Made by a program: the position numbers and the translations under genes. DNA of 63,010 nucleotides, counting the filler, from Choristocarpus tenellus KU-1152 (lineage: Eukaryota > Protista > Phaeophyceae), in NCBI GenBank assembly GCA_964200185.2. It is 11 parts of 11 records of this genome, joined end to end, with 100 filler letters (N's around TTAATTAATTAA, not from the genome) between each part and the next. Parts side by side here need not be neighbours in the genome. Positions count along the whole stretch, not along the records: positions 31,960 to 38,070 come from CAXNAD020008912.1; positions 38,171 to 45,753 come from CAXNAD020005932.1; positions 45,854 to 55,644 come from CAXNAD020003390.1; 8 more parts are not named here. One strand, written 5' to 3'. Positions within the stretch are counted from its first letter, which is position 1. Every line of letters begins with the position of its first letter. Of this stretch, positions 37,850-49,700 are shown one piece after another. Under the pieces are notes generated by a model. It was not told where the DNA came from, ran no database searches, and saw only the letters and a program-made list of their open reading frames with translations.

Positions 37850-38015
37850 GGCTCAAAGTGTCTGGAGGGGGGTGGCGGCTGTCCATTTGGGGCCCATTTT
37901 TCCATGTCGTATTTATTGGGTGATTTAGTTGCGTGTGTTGGATGGATAATGTAAGTGTACTATTCCTGGTTAGGGCCCAAATGGACACCATGGTATAGAC
38001 CCCCCACCCATCCCA
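37850..38015 (-). mobile_element. MITE family B, inverted copy with one end degraded
   Basis: GGCTCAAAGTGTCTGGAGGGGGG start; body is the reverse complement of 60579-60757 (GTCCATTTGG, GGATGGATAATG, CCAAATGGACACC). Confidence 0.75.
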
Positions 38016-38886
38016 CCCTCACGAAACTTAGTTAACAAAATATAAAAACGATTTATTTATTTTATTTTTTNNNNNNNNNNNNNNNNNNNNNNNNNNNNNN
38101 NNNNNNNNNNNNNNTTAATTAATTAANNNNNNNNNNNNNNNNNNNNNNNNNNNNNNNNNNNNNNNNNNNNTTGGTACCCCTCCCCCAGGGGCGGAACACA
38201 AAAAAGCTTGTCTAAATCAGACCTGGACCCCATCCCCACCCCCCCCCCCCCCCCGGAAGAAAAAAAAGCAATTCGCACACAAGCACACACATGTATATAA
38301 AGTGCAGATGGTCGTGCCACCAGAGAATGATTGAAAAAGGGAAAAGGTTGGGTTGGCAGTGTGAGTGGAAGAGTCAAGTGTTGGTACATTTATGAACAAG
38401 AATCGCAGAGTCCGTCAAAGTCGTCATTTATCACTATGACTACGCAGATATTTCCACCTCTATGCTTTCGATCTATTTCAAGCAGATAGAATGGCCAAGG
38501 CATGTGATACCCAGAGAGCTACATATACATAATCGTACCTTACGAATGAGATGTGCATAAGAAAAAATGACGACACTTGCCTAGCCAAAAATATGGAAAA
38601 GGATGAGTTCAGGATATCTCAAACAAGCTAACAGAAAATTTTCAGCAGTGGGAGAGGTTTACGAACATCAGACGGCTACACAGGTAGGGCTTTGCTGTAC
38701 CAAAGGAGAGGAAGTGAACCGACCGATAGATACAATCCCAACCCCAAAATCTCCTAATAGTGCCGAAAAGGATCAAGAAGAACTTCACAGTCTTGGCGCA
38801 GACAATTGATAATGTAGCAACAAAACGTATACAAACGGCCTCAACAAATTTGGCCATCGTATACCCATTACCCTAACATCCCTCAC

Positions 38887-39559
38887 TTCTTCCTGAAATC
38901 TTTGGTGAGCTCAGCAAGCCGTTTTCGGCGACGGAGGCTATTCTCCTTGGCATCCTGCATCTCCAGACCCTGCTTATCCAGCTGAAGTCTGCGACCGTCC
39001 AAGTCGAAGGATTTCCAGAATTCCAATACTACCTGTGGATGTTGAAGAAAGAAGGGTTAAAAGCATCGACAGGGTTTGTTTGAAGGGTGTGGTGGAAGCA
39101 CGGAAGTCTGCCAACGCTACTTGGGTTCCACATGTGAGCGGGGGTAGACCTGCGAGCGTGGGAAACAGTACAGGAAATTGGTAGTCAATGATTGGGGCTG
39201 TGTGCTGAGGAGCCCGATTATGGCATTACATTCAATCGGCAAATCCTTCTCCAAAGCGTAATTAGGAATCAATGTCCTTAAAGGGAAGAAAGTTGAAACA
39301 CCCAACTCATTATTAGGAACACTATATTTTGTGTTTCCCTTCAAATCCTAGGAGGGATCGAATTGTTATCAAAGAATACTCATGTATGCCGAGGAAGTCA
39401 GAGCATTGAATGACGGAAGAAGACAGGGTCACGGTTTCCGGAGTTGAAGATTTCGACTTCGACATGAGGAAGAATTATCCTGACCTTGAGGTGGGCTTGA
39501 GAGGCAAGGTCCCCCATCTCAGTTACGCTTCCCCCTTGCATTCTTCCTTCCATCTCCAT
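38887..39559 (-). CDS. CASP: Golgin CASP (CUX1/Coy1 family), first two coding exons
   Basis: Exons 39559-39485 (MEMEGRMQGGSVTEMGDLASQAHLK) and 39032-38887 (VVLEFWKSFDLDGRRLQLDKQGLEMQDAKENSLRRRKRLAELTKDFRK) match the CASP N-terminus WxxFDL...LD...S...RKxLxExTxxF. Not in the ORF track. Confidence 0.85.
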
Positions 39560-39819
39560 GGTTTTCCCAAGTCTGGAGTGACAACTACTCCTACCGGACT
39601 ATCTACCTTGGGAACAATACATTTTGAACTAAAATCCGACTGAAATCGGAGGGAAATGAAGTGTAACGCCTTCCTCTTGAGCATCCATCAACTTAAAACA
39701 CACCTCAATAAATTCACCCGAGCAGTCTTTCAAACGGACTGTCGTATGCATCACAGCGTTCGTATTGTCCCAGTACACGGAAAAGTCGAAATCTAAGTAC
39801 CCTTGGCTCCTCCAGCAGC

Positions 39820-42800
39820 ATGGATTCTACACCAGATCGGCCAAGGTGTGATGGTTTAGGAAGGAGGCGTATGAACACCTCTGCGAAGTGTGCAGTACCA
39901 GTTATAGACCGTGACATATTTGAAGTTGTGGCCGACGGGGATATTGAGGCGTTGATGGCTAGGATCGCATTCACATGTCCGGCTAGTCTCGCGGCGCTTC
40001 GAAGTAAGAAACCGGAAGAGCATGGGAGGAATTTACTGCACTGTGCTGTGTCAAATGGGAGGGCGGATATCCTCAAGGTCTTGCTCAATCATCCGGAATT
40101 TGACCCGAATCAGGTGAGTTCTGACATGTGTAGGCCTATGAATTCGTCTTAAGGACGATAAATCAGGCCAAAGCCTCAAGCTTTCTATGCGCCAAGTAGT
40201 ACGATCAGCGCGAAGTCTGACACAAGTCATCCAAACAGAACACCAATGAATCGAAACAAAGGCTCACGGGTATCTAACGATAGTGGAGTGCCACATCAAT
40301 TTACGCGTCAAATGTTGAAAATGAGGAACTAACCAAGTCCTAGACGATACAAAGAAGTCTTAAGATGTATATAGCTAGATAGTGATGGGATCGCATTTCT
40401 CTCGAACCACTTATTGCATGGGAGGACCACTTGCTTACAGGAAACCCCTATCCACTGTTTTGAGCTCCTCTATTGCAGGCGCGCCAACGCTTTGTTCCCA
40501 TCAATGACATTAATTACGGGATTCTTAGAGGATATTGAAAGTCATTTCTCTCTAACATTTCCTTCTTCAGGTAGATAGTGTATATACACGGAGCACACCC
40601 CTTATGGAGGCAGCAAAGTTTGCCAGACTAGATCTTATTGAGCTTCTCTTCAAGGCTGGAGCCAGACTTGACACACAGGCAAGACAGAACACTCTATCTT
40701 CTTTACTTGGAGTCTATCGTTGTCTTCATAGCTTCTGACGCACATATCATTGTTGACAACACCTGAAATAATTATTAGTACGTGTTATCGGTATCACCGG
40801 AGAAAAGAGTCAGTCGCGCACAAATTCGAGAAGAAAAATGCAGGATGACTACCTGAGTCACTCTACATTGCCGTTTTCAATTGGATTGAGGGGTAGGGTG
40901 ATTTTTTCTGCTGCTTTGAGCCCTAACAAACACTGATACAAAATTATCTCGCCCTCTTTTACTCACTGCTTGTTGATGAGACATGCCTCTCTCTTTGTGC
41001 GCCCTCAGCTTTTTTCCATATCTTTCAAAAGTGGCATTGAGGCACTGGTAAAAAATGCGAAGGATACACAGTCAATTTTTGATCTTTCCTCTTCTTATTC
41101 CAAGTCAATATATGTTTGTGGTCGCCCCATATCTACCTTTATTCGTGAGTGCTTTTTTTATTGTACAGTCAATAGGGTGCTGCAAGTATGAACATTTTGC
41201 ACCATCTTGCCATGCACCAGAGCTCTGTACATTCAATATTCTGCAAGTGCTCAAGGAAGAAGTAAATAATCAAATATATCGGCCTTCTAGCACCCATGCA
41301 AGAATCTCTCAATATTTTACTTCTTTGTAAGGAATAGTACTGGAATCATATCGGAACTTGCCACAACCCAGTATAAACCTCAAATTATTAGTCTTCACCA
41401 CTGAGATCCAATATTGACCCAGTACTAGCACTACCTCTAGAGAAAGCTTTGATACTGTCATTGTACTTGCAGTCAACAAAAGCTTAACATAATGCTGCAT
41501 TAATGGAATAACCCCCCCCATCAATAAGAACTACCATGGTATGTGATATACCTGTAGCTATCTCCTTGGCGCAAATCTGGTTGTCATTTCCAGCAAAATT
41601 CGGTTGTAGGGATACAAGGATATCACAAGAGTGAGGCACATGTTGCTCACCACACAAACAACTGTTATTGATGAACAGACTATAGCAGAACTGTGGACAG
41701 CGATAGCTCAACAACTGGTATCATTGTAACACAGCAGTGCAGGGGCCATTTTAGCTGTGGGTTGTATAGCTGAGGAATTCTTAATTGAGGCACCATGGCA
41801 ATAAAATATGCCAGGAAGGTTCTGTTGATGTCTGGCCAATTCAATATGTGCCTTGTTTGAGCCAAAGTAAATGAGAGGTACCCAGGGTTGTAAACTAAGG
41901 ATGCTGACAATTATGTGCAAACTTCGAATTTTTGTGCAAATTTGTAAACAAAATTTTCGTAACTCTGTAGCAAATCATTTAGACAGCTAGAAATCAACCC
42001 TCTCAAGTCAATCTTAGCACTTCAAACATAAAAATAAGGGTGAATTGTAAAGATGGAAAAGATGGCTTAAAATGCTAAACGGCCAAAACTGGGGTACGTT
42101 TCGTTTAATTTGACTCTCTATGTACAGCAACCCACTCTAACCAACGCAGCAGCGTGTTGCAATTTTTTTCATGAAGAAATGCACTAAAGCAGAGCGGTGT
42201 ACAAATTGAAGTAATGACATATACGAGTGAACGTATCCTAGAGGGTACAAGATTTTCCCTGTTTGTCCATTTGGGTCTTGGCTTCCCGCGGGGTTTTTTA
42301 TTACATTTCCCTACTCTGAAATGTTTCTAAGTGGGTAAAATGTGTATGTTGTGAAAAGGTGTGTCCGAAACATAGATATTGACACTTCCTGATAAACACG
42401 ATAGCAAAAATTACATCAAATTGCAACATTGGAGTTTGACCCCCAAATGGACGCAGCTCTACCATCTAAGATACTTTGGATCATACCGGAGTAAATGCAC
42501 TTCAAAGTGTGAGGCACTTTTGCACAATTTAGAAATATATGAACTATAGGAGTAAATAAATGAACTTCAAAGCTTTTAACATTCCGGAGCACCTTCATGG
42601 CCCTGCATGTTGTGTACTGACTACCACTTGCACTATAAAGGAATAAGTATTCAAAATGATATGTATGGTGCAGCATGTTGTACTTGGTATAGAATGTGCT
42701 CCTTGGTAGACAGTGTGCAGGACTATACAGATGCTCTAGAACATTTGATATTTCGAAGCTTAAGTATATGACAAGTATTCCTCACCATTGATGCACCACT

Positions 42801-44301
42801 ATATCATGTATGTGTTTGATTCACTCAATATGTGTAGTGCATATGCAGTATATATACACAGTGCACGCTATCGACTTGTATGTTTCAATGACTGCCTCAG
42901 TACAAAGTTGAAAAACAGAAATAGTGTTACGTGTTACTTTTTTCACACCAGTGTACTCCGAAATACTCTGATATAGGAGTGGCGCATCTTAGTGGCATCG
43001 TTCCTCTGTGCCAATGAGTCCCAACACTGCCAATACAATTTGGCTGCATTACTACCATTTGGTTTTCTTGTTCCAATATTTAACGATGAGCATCTTGAGA
43101 GGGCACGGAGACTGGGCCCTATGGCATTTTGGCCCCTTCAGATCACCTGTGGAGTGTGGTCCCGTGAGATGAATCCACAAGTGCAAGGGGTTAAGGGCAA
43201 TGCTTCAGACCCTGGAGAAAAACCCTCAGCACTTGTGGAAGATTCTCAGAATCACCAGCCTGCCGCCTGTCACCACATACCTGTTTGAGTGGGGCTGATG
43301 TAGGCGTTTCCGCAAACCATGCCCCCTACTACATCCCCACAGAGACATCACTCAGAGTAGAGTGTTCCATTGGGGGGGAGGGGGGTGCTTCATGTCAGGG
43401 ATAATGGCTATCTAGTCCTGATAAATATATTCCACTCACTGGAGGTTCTTTGGCAGAGCATGATAGGAGGGGAAATTGGGTTGGTGTGAAATTACTGAAG
43501 TTGATGTAAAACACTCCCTACTGCATACCCCAGTGGAGGAAGTATGGAGAGAGGCACAGGGCCCATCAGGCAATACAAACAACACCATGTACAGCATCTA
43601 AATATTGATCTTATCCCAAAATAACCAATAACGCTGATCGCATAGTATTTCCTCCATATATATTTGAGTGAAAGTATCGTAGAGGATACAGATTTTGTAC
43701 TATTTGTCCATTTGGGACTTGGCTTCTCACGGGCTTTTTATGGCATCTTACCTACTCCGAAATGTTTCAGAGTAGATAAAATAAATACGTTATGAAAGGG
43801 TGTGTACCGAACAAGGATATTGACACTTCCTAACAAACACGATAACCAAATTACATCCAAATTGCAACATCGGATTTTGACCCTAAAACGGACATGGCTA
43901 TACCCTCTAAGATACTTTCACTATTTTGTATATCAGATGACAAGAGTGTGCAGCTCACATAGCACATACATCAACACAATGTGAGCGTTTATCTTCATTT
44001 AAGTGCGATCAGCACTACTATTGCACCAAATCCTACACACCCCCTCTCCTACCCTTCACTGATTTCCTTTCCATTTCCTGCCAGAATCACTTACCTGCAA
44101 CCAGGTCAGTAACAGGGGTCTTATCCATTCAACTTTCCGTGCTACTTCCAACACCAACATGTGTCCCGTCCTTAGGATGTCAATGGGGATACATGCCTAC
44201 ACTGGGCAGCACGTGAAGTGTCTGCTGTGTTCCTGCGCCAGGTTCTTGAACTGGCTCGAGAAAACGGTTCAGGTCGACGCCACCTCACAGCTGTGTTGGA
44301 G
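39820..44301 (+). CDS. Ankyrin-repeat protein, 5' partial (3 exons)
   Basis: Exons 39820-40113 (GRNLLHCAVSNGRADILKVLL), 40571-40678 (STPLMEAAKFARLDLIELLFKAGA) and 44176-44301 (DVNGDTCLHWAAR), all phase 0. Intron 2 has a CAG|GCAAG donor. Confidence 0.88.
42225..42482 (+). mobile_element. MITE family A, copy 9 (intronic)
   Basis: TIRs and body match the family; TSD unclear. Confidence 0.88.
43666..43923 (+). mobile_element. MITE family A, copy 10 (intronic)
   Basis: TIRs and body match the family; TTT/TTT flanks. Confidence 0.88.
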
Positions 44302-44965
44302 GTGGGATCTTTGTTGGGGAAGTTAAAGCGGTTGTGACACACAACACTTGAGTGGTGGAAAAAAGCAGAAGCCTTTTTCAAGCACAGAAAAGATTATATT
44401 GTAGTTGACGGGTGGAGTATGCACAGGCTTCTTCAACTCTGGCAATTGTCTGCAAGCGGTGCGCTTCCCCCAAACTTGTCCTAAACACTTGAAATCTGTT
44501 ACAGCATCTGGACTACCTGCCATTATTTAGCAGATGAGATTCTTTGCTTCTGATGCCTCACCCCTACCCAGACTCCACATAACTGTGAAAATTGGTACCA
44601 CCTGCCCCCTACTTGCACTGTACGTAGCTTACTAATGCCAATGGCAAGACTGCTGCAGATGTTGGAGTCACAGAGGTAGCCCGGAGGTCTATAGCCCGAA
44701 TACTTAGTGGGGAGGATGAGCCAGGCCGCCGTCAGAGGAGGAGGGAAAGAACATCCCGTGTCTCCTCTACAAGTGGTACAACAACTCCAATATGTAACAC
44801 AAAGACTGGAAACACCTGAAAAATCTGCTGAGGCTCCACATCAGGGTAAGAGACACAGAGGATTCACTACACCACAGGAAAGCAGTTATTTCAACCAAGT
44901 TTTCTTGCAAGGTTGGATGGTTGTGGAACATGGGGCTGTTTGTGTAAGCATGAATATCATTCCAA

Positions 44966-45223
44966 GAGTGAAAATATCTTAGAGGGTAGGAGTTTTTCCC
45001 TGTTTGTCCATTTGGGGCTTGGCTTCCCACGGGTTTTTGATGACATTTCACCTACTCAAAAATATTTTGGAGTAGGTAAAATGTATACGTTATGAAAAGA
45101 AGTGTCCGGAACAAGAATATTGACATCTCCTAACAAACACGATAGCCAAAATTACATCGAAATTGCAACATTGAATTTTGGCCCTCAATGGACACGGCTC
45201 TACCCTCTAAGATACTTTGGCTC
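44966..45223 (+). mobile_element. MITE family A, copy 11
   Basis: Full TIRs; CAA/CAA target-site duplication. Confidence 0.92.
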
Positions 45224-45853
45224 CAAGGTTGACTTTGGCCAATGGCACAACTAAGCTTTGTCCACATAACTGTGGTCCAGAGTGCTACTTGTGTGTTAGT
45301 CAAGAGTAATTGCCCCCTGCAAATTATGGGAAGCCCAACTCATCTAGGTAGTGAGACTGGAGCACACTCGACTCTCCATCCGCTCTCTGCATCACTCGTT
45401 TGTGTACTCAAAGTACTCGGGAGTGGTTTGTTGTAGGACATGAATGCTTAGTACTACCTACAAATGTACTTCACTTTGGATTGTGTTCAAGCAATGTAGC
45501 ATTCCTTCAATATGTGCTATTTTGCACTCGTAGCCATGAACAGCCAATGAATAGCCCAAAAAAAATGTAGGAAATTTCCCCCCCTCAAAAAAAGACAGTG
45601 TGCGCAATACATGATACTTTTGATTTATTGGGTCATGGTACTCTACAGACACAACCAATAGACAACCCAGTAGTTGTACAGAGTGGGGTCAAAGTATCTG
45701 GGGGGGGGTGTCGGCGTCCGTTTTTCGCCTTGGTTTCAATTTTCCCTTTTTTGNNNNNNNNNNNNNNNNNNNNNNNNNNNNNNNNNNNNNNNNNNNNTTA
45801 ATTAATTAANNNNNNNNNNNNNNNNNNNNNNNNNNNNNNNNNNNNNNNNNNNN

Positions 45854-46106
45854 GTATGTTGAGTAGTAAATGCCAGAAATGGTGTAACATCCAGCATGTG
45901 TGGAGGTATATATAATGGGAGGTGGCTGTGATGGGGATGATCCACAATCCGGGGTCACAAATTTAATTGTAAGGTTTTGGAATGAAAATTAAACCAGATT
46001 GTTGTCGTAATATGGGAGGTTTGGACAACAATTGAAAATTTCAATTTGATGAATCTGTATGTTGAGTAGTAAATGCCAGAAATGGTGTAACATCCAGCAT
46101 GTGTGT
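45854..46106. repeat. 49-bp direct repeat (45854-45902 and ~46058-46106)
   Basis: GTATGTTGAGTAGTAAATGCCAGAAATGGTGTAACATCCAGCATGTGTG occurs twice. Confidence 0.85.
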
Positions 46107-46770
46107 GCGGTATGTTCTAATGTAGAGGTGTACGACGGTTATAAATAGTATGAAAAAGAAAACGGATAGGATGGAAAAAAAGGATGGAAGATTATTACAA
46201 AAAGACGCGCGACAATATGGCGCGCGCAGATTTTTTTTCGATCTTGTCAATTTGTTCATCTTTGTCAAATGATATTGTTCTTCCTCCTTTTCCTCAAAAA
46301 TCAACCCCCTCACAGCATTAGGTTCCACACCACACACACACTTCCAACCAGAACCGAGGCAATACCTTTGCGATCGTCAACGCGGTTTCTCTTACCTTAA
46401 TGTGAGTGGATGCAGAGAACCTGGCGAAGGGTTAGAAGGTCAGGGTGGTTAAAGGCTAGTTCTCTTGTCGACATGTGTCATCTGAATCTGTCTTGTCACC
46501 ACAACCCAACCACAGAGATTCTAAAGGTGGAACAATCAACAATAAGTATAGACTATGCCTTTGAGTCTTACACGGTGTGCCAAGGGTTAATGTAATTCTA
46601 TCTGGTATATATTGGCGCGACTATTGCAACTTTGGTCACATATCACTGCCTATCTATCAAGAATGCGGACGTAAAGAACATCTGGGTCCCTTCGACATTG
46701 GAATTCCGCCGTTTGTATCCCTTTGCCCACAAGCTCAGCTGTACGAAATCTTTCCCACGAGGCGCGAAAC

Positions 46771-49700
46771 ATGTCGACCGAGGAGATTCAGGCAGTACTG
46801 GAGGGAAATGTTTCCAAGATGAACATGGTCGAAGGGTTCGACGTGGTGATCGTGTGCACAAACAACGAAAAGCAGGCCTCCTACTGGCAGCAACGACTAG
46901 AGGCTGCCAAGTGAGAAATAATTCCGGAGGGATTTTTAATCGCTGTAGTACTGATTGACTTCAAACCAAGATAATGAACTATTGAATGTTAAGATTCCTC
47001 CAAACCAGTCCCTAATCCCGTCTTCTCTATGCTATAGGGGAACCGCTGTTTCGCCTGATGCAGTCATCCTTGCTGTCAACGAGGACTGGGAGGGTGGTGC
47101 GGGGAATGCTCTGGGCACTCTTTATGCCTACCAGAAAGCAGCTGCCTTGGCGATGGAGTCCGATCTAGACCTCTCGGCCCAACTTGCTGCCGGAGAGGTA
47201 AGAACTACGAGGTTTTTCACATGCATCTGAATAGACCAAGAAGTGCTCTTCCTTAACAAAAAGGTCGCATTCGCAGTAATTCGTTGACTGGTGGATTATC
47301 CACGTTTTTCTCATATTCTTGAGGATCTTTTTATGATCGGGTATAGAATATTCGATTATGTTTTCTGCCTTCATATTTGATGGGAGCTTTTTGAAATAGT
47401 TATGGGGCATGCAAGGGACGCTGGTGATCATTTATTATTGCACTGGTGATATTTACGCGCTCTTAAATAGTTATTCCTGTTTACCCCTTAAATGTTGTAT
47501 TACAATCTTTGATGTGCTCAGAGCAGCGTTAAAGTACACAAGCGCAAAGAACTCCGATCAGGCTCATATGTTCTTGTGGAAGTGAGTGAGTTGGTTGCAT
47601 TTACCAAGCCATCTTTTCTCTTGTCTTTTCCTATGTCTACATTCGTTGCTAGGTTTGTTCTGATGTATGATTGATATACTTCAAGCCTCGAATATTCTTG
47701 ATTTGTTGGCAGTAAAAGTCTTTACCAATCTTTCCAAGATGTTTAGGCTCCTTGCCCCACTCAGGAATCCTCCATCACCTCGCCCTCTCAGTCACTGTTT
47801 CTTCCCACGGTTTCCTCACACCACCTTGTATGCCCTGCCCTTTTCAACTTTGGTCTCTGCCGCTCTTGTATGTTTTTTTTCTCTGATAATCACCTTTTGA
47901 ATGCATGTCCATCTATCCAACTGCTCAATCTGCCCATCCTTTAATTGGATCAACAGATCAGTGTGGGGCTATACCACACAGCAGGGAAGGGTACACGCCT
48001 TTCACCTCTTCCTGGATCAGAGAACAATAACAAGCCAGGGGTGAAGCTTGCTGTCTCTGTTGACATGGATGGAACTCCTGCTTCCATCACCATCCTGGAA
48101 GGCGTTGTGAAGCAGACTGGAGTGTATGCCAAGAGCCGCAAGGGTCGACTCTCTGTTTTCTGGGGAGACCAGGTCCTGTACATTTCAGTTATTTCTTATT
48201 TTCAAATACTATCGTAATAAATTCTGAGGCACAAGAATGTAGCATGTCAAAAGGGAAAGGACTTGAATGAGAAGTTATGTATACTTTGAGCACTTGGTAC
48301 GTGCAATCTCACTCACCTTGAAGTGTATGCCTATCTCCTGTGTTTATTATTAATTAATTTGAACTCCTTGCAGATTTTCGACTTTATGTATTTGTGGTAG
48401 TCTTGGACAGCAGAGTTTTGCATGTGTTGACGGTGTGTGCAATTGTTGCAACCACTATTATTACGCTGACATTCCTCCCACTTTCACGTTCAAACTATCT
48501 TGGTAGGTATTTATCCCCTCTGTTGGGGTGGAGTACGAGTCTGCTTTCCATGCTGATATCCTTTGCACCCTCGGGCCCATGCTTGATGAGGAGCAGTGGA
48601 TTGAGAAGGGGATGGACAAGTATGGCCTCATTGCTGTCAACTCTGAGGAACAGGCTGCTCAGGTTTGTGAAAAAGTGCTCATTTTGGTAAAACAGTAAGA
48701 GCAGCTTAAGCGTAGTAGAACCAAGGGTCTCACACACTATGTGCAACAGCTGAAGTTGCACTCAGTGATGTTGTGTAAGGCCCTTTAACGAGGAAAATCA
48801 TGCAGTGTTATTTTGTTTAGTGTGTGCATTCAAAATTTGTAGGAGGGGTGGTTATGTAAGTGTCTACACACTAATAATTCCGAGGAGTCTTATTTCTGGT
48901 ATGACCGTTGTGAATTGTGACAACATTTGGTCATTCGATACACCAGACGCAAGGTCAACTACTTTTCTTGATAGAGTTGATTGATCACAGTGTGGTACAT
49001 CACACGCTTGTTAGGATAAATTAATTTTGTCTTTAAGTTCAATAGGTGTTGCTGTTATTCAAGAAAATTGTGTCTTGAGGGACAGGGGAGAGCATAAGGA
49101 GTGCATACTCATATCGGGGGAGCAATCCAGCTGGATGATATTCTTTCCTCTATACACTTGAAATGACAAGATGATGACTCTTCTCCTTTTTCCTCAACCT
49201 TGTATTTGTTGCATCCTGGCATTTCATTCCTTCCTTGCCATCTAATTTGTGTCTCACAGTTGCAGTTTATAGGTGTGAAATCTACTTAGCTACTTGAGCG
49301 CCTTGACTGGAAGGCATTTAATATAATTGCTGTGGACCTTCTCCCCTCTAATATACATCCATGCCCCTCTCTTCCCTACCTACTCTTAGATTAAATTTAT
49401 CAGTGGATTATCGTTTAGAAATCACTACATTTCAAACACTTTAAGATTTAAGAATTTGTAGTTAAATCGTTGCCTCTGTCTTGTATGCCTGTAAAACCCC
49501 AGTTTCCCCACCTGTTGCAAAGGTGCTCATCCTCTTGCTACCTTTGCTATTTCCACCTTGCTCTTTTGGTGACTGCTACGTGAATCAATTGTTCTTCTTC
49601 CTTGTCTGCAGGTGGAGAAGGTCTCTCATGAAGTGGCCACCCGACTGCTTGCATCGCTGGGAACAATCGAGTCTGTTGGCGCGTCGCTGGGGTCTTTCAG

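Noticed and set aside
42977-43288. 98-aa ORF as the ankyrin gene terminal exon
   Set aside because: The exon at 44176-44301 continues the ankyrin repeat far better, which places this ORF in an intron.
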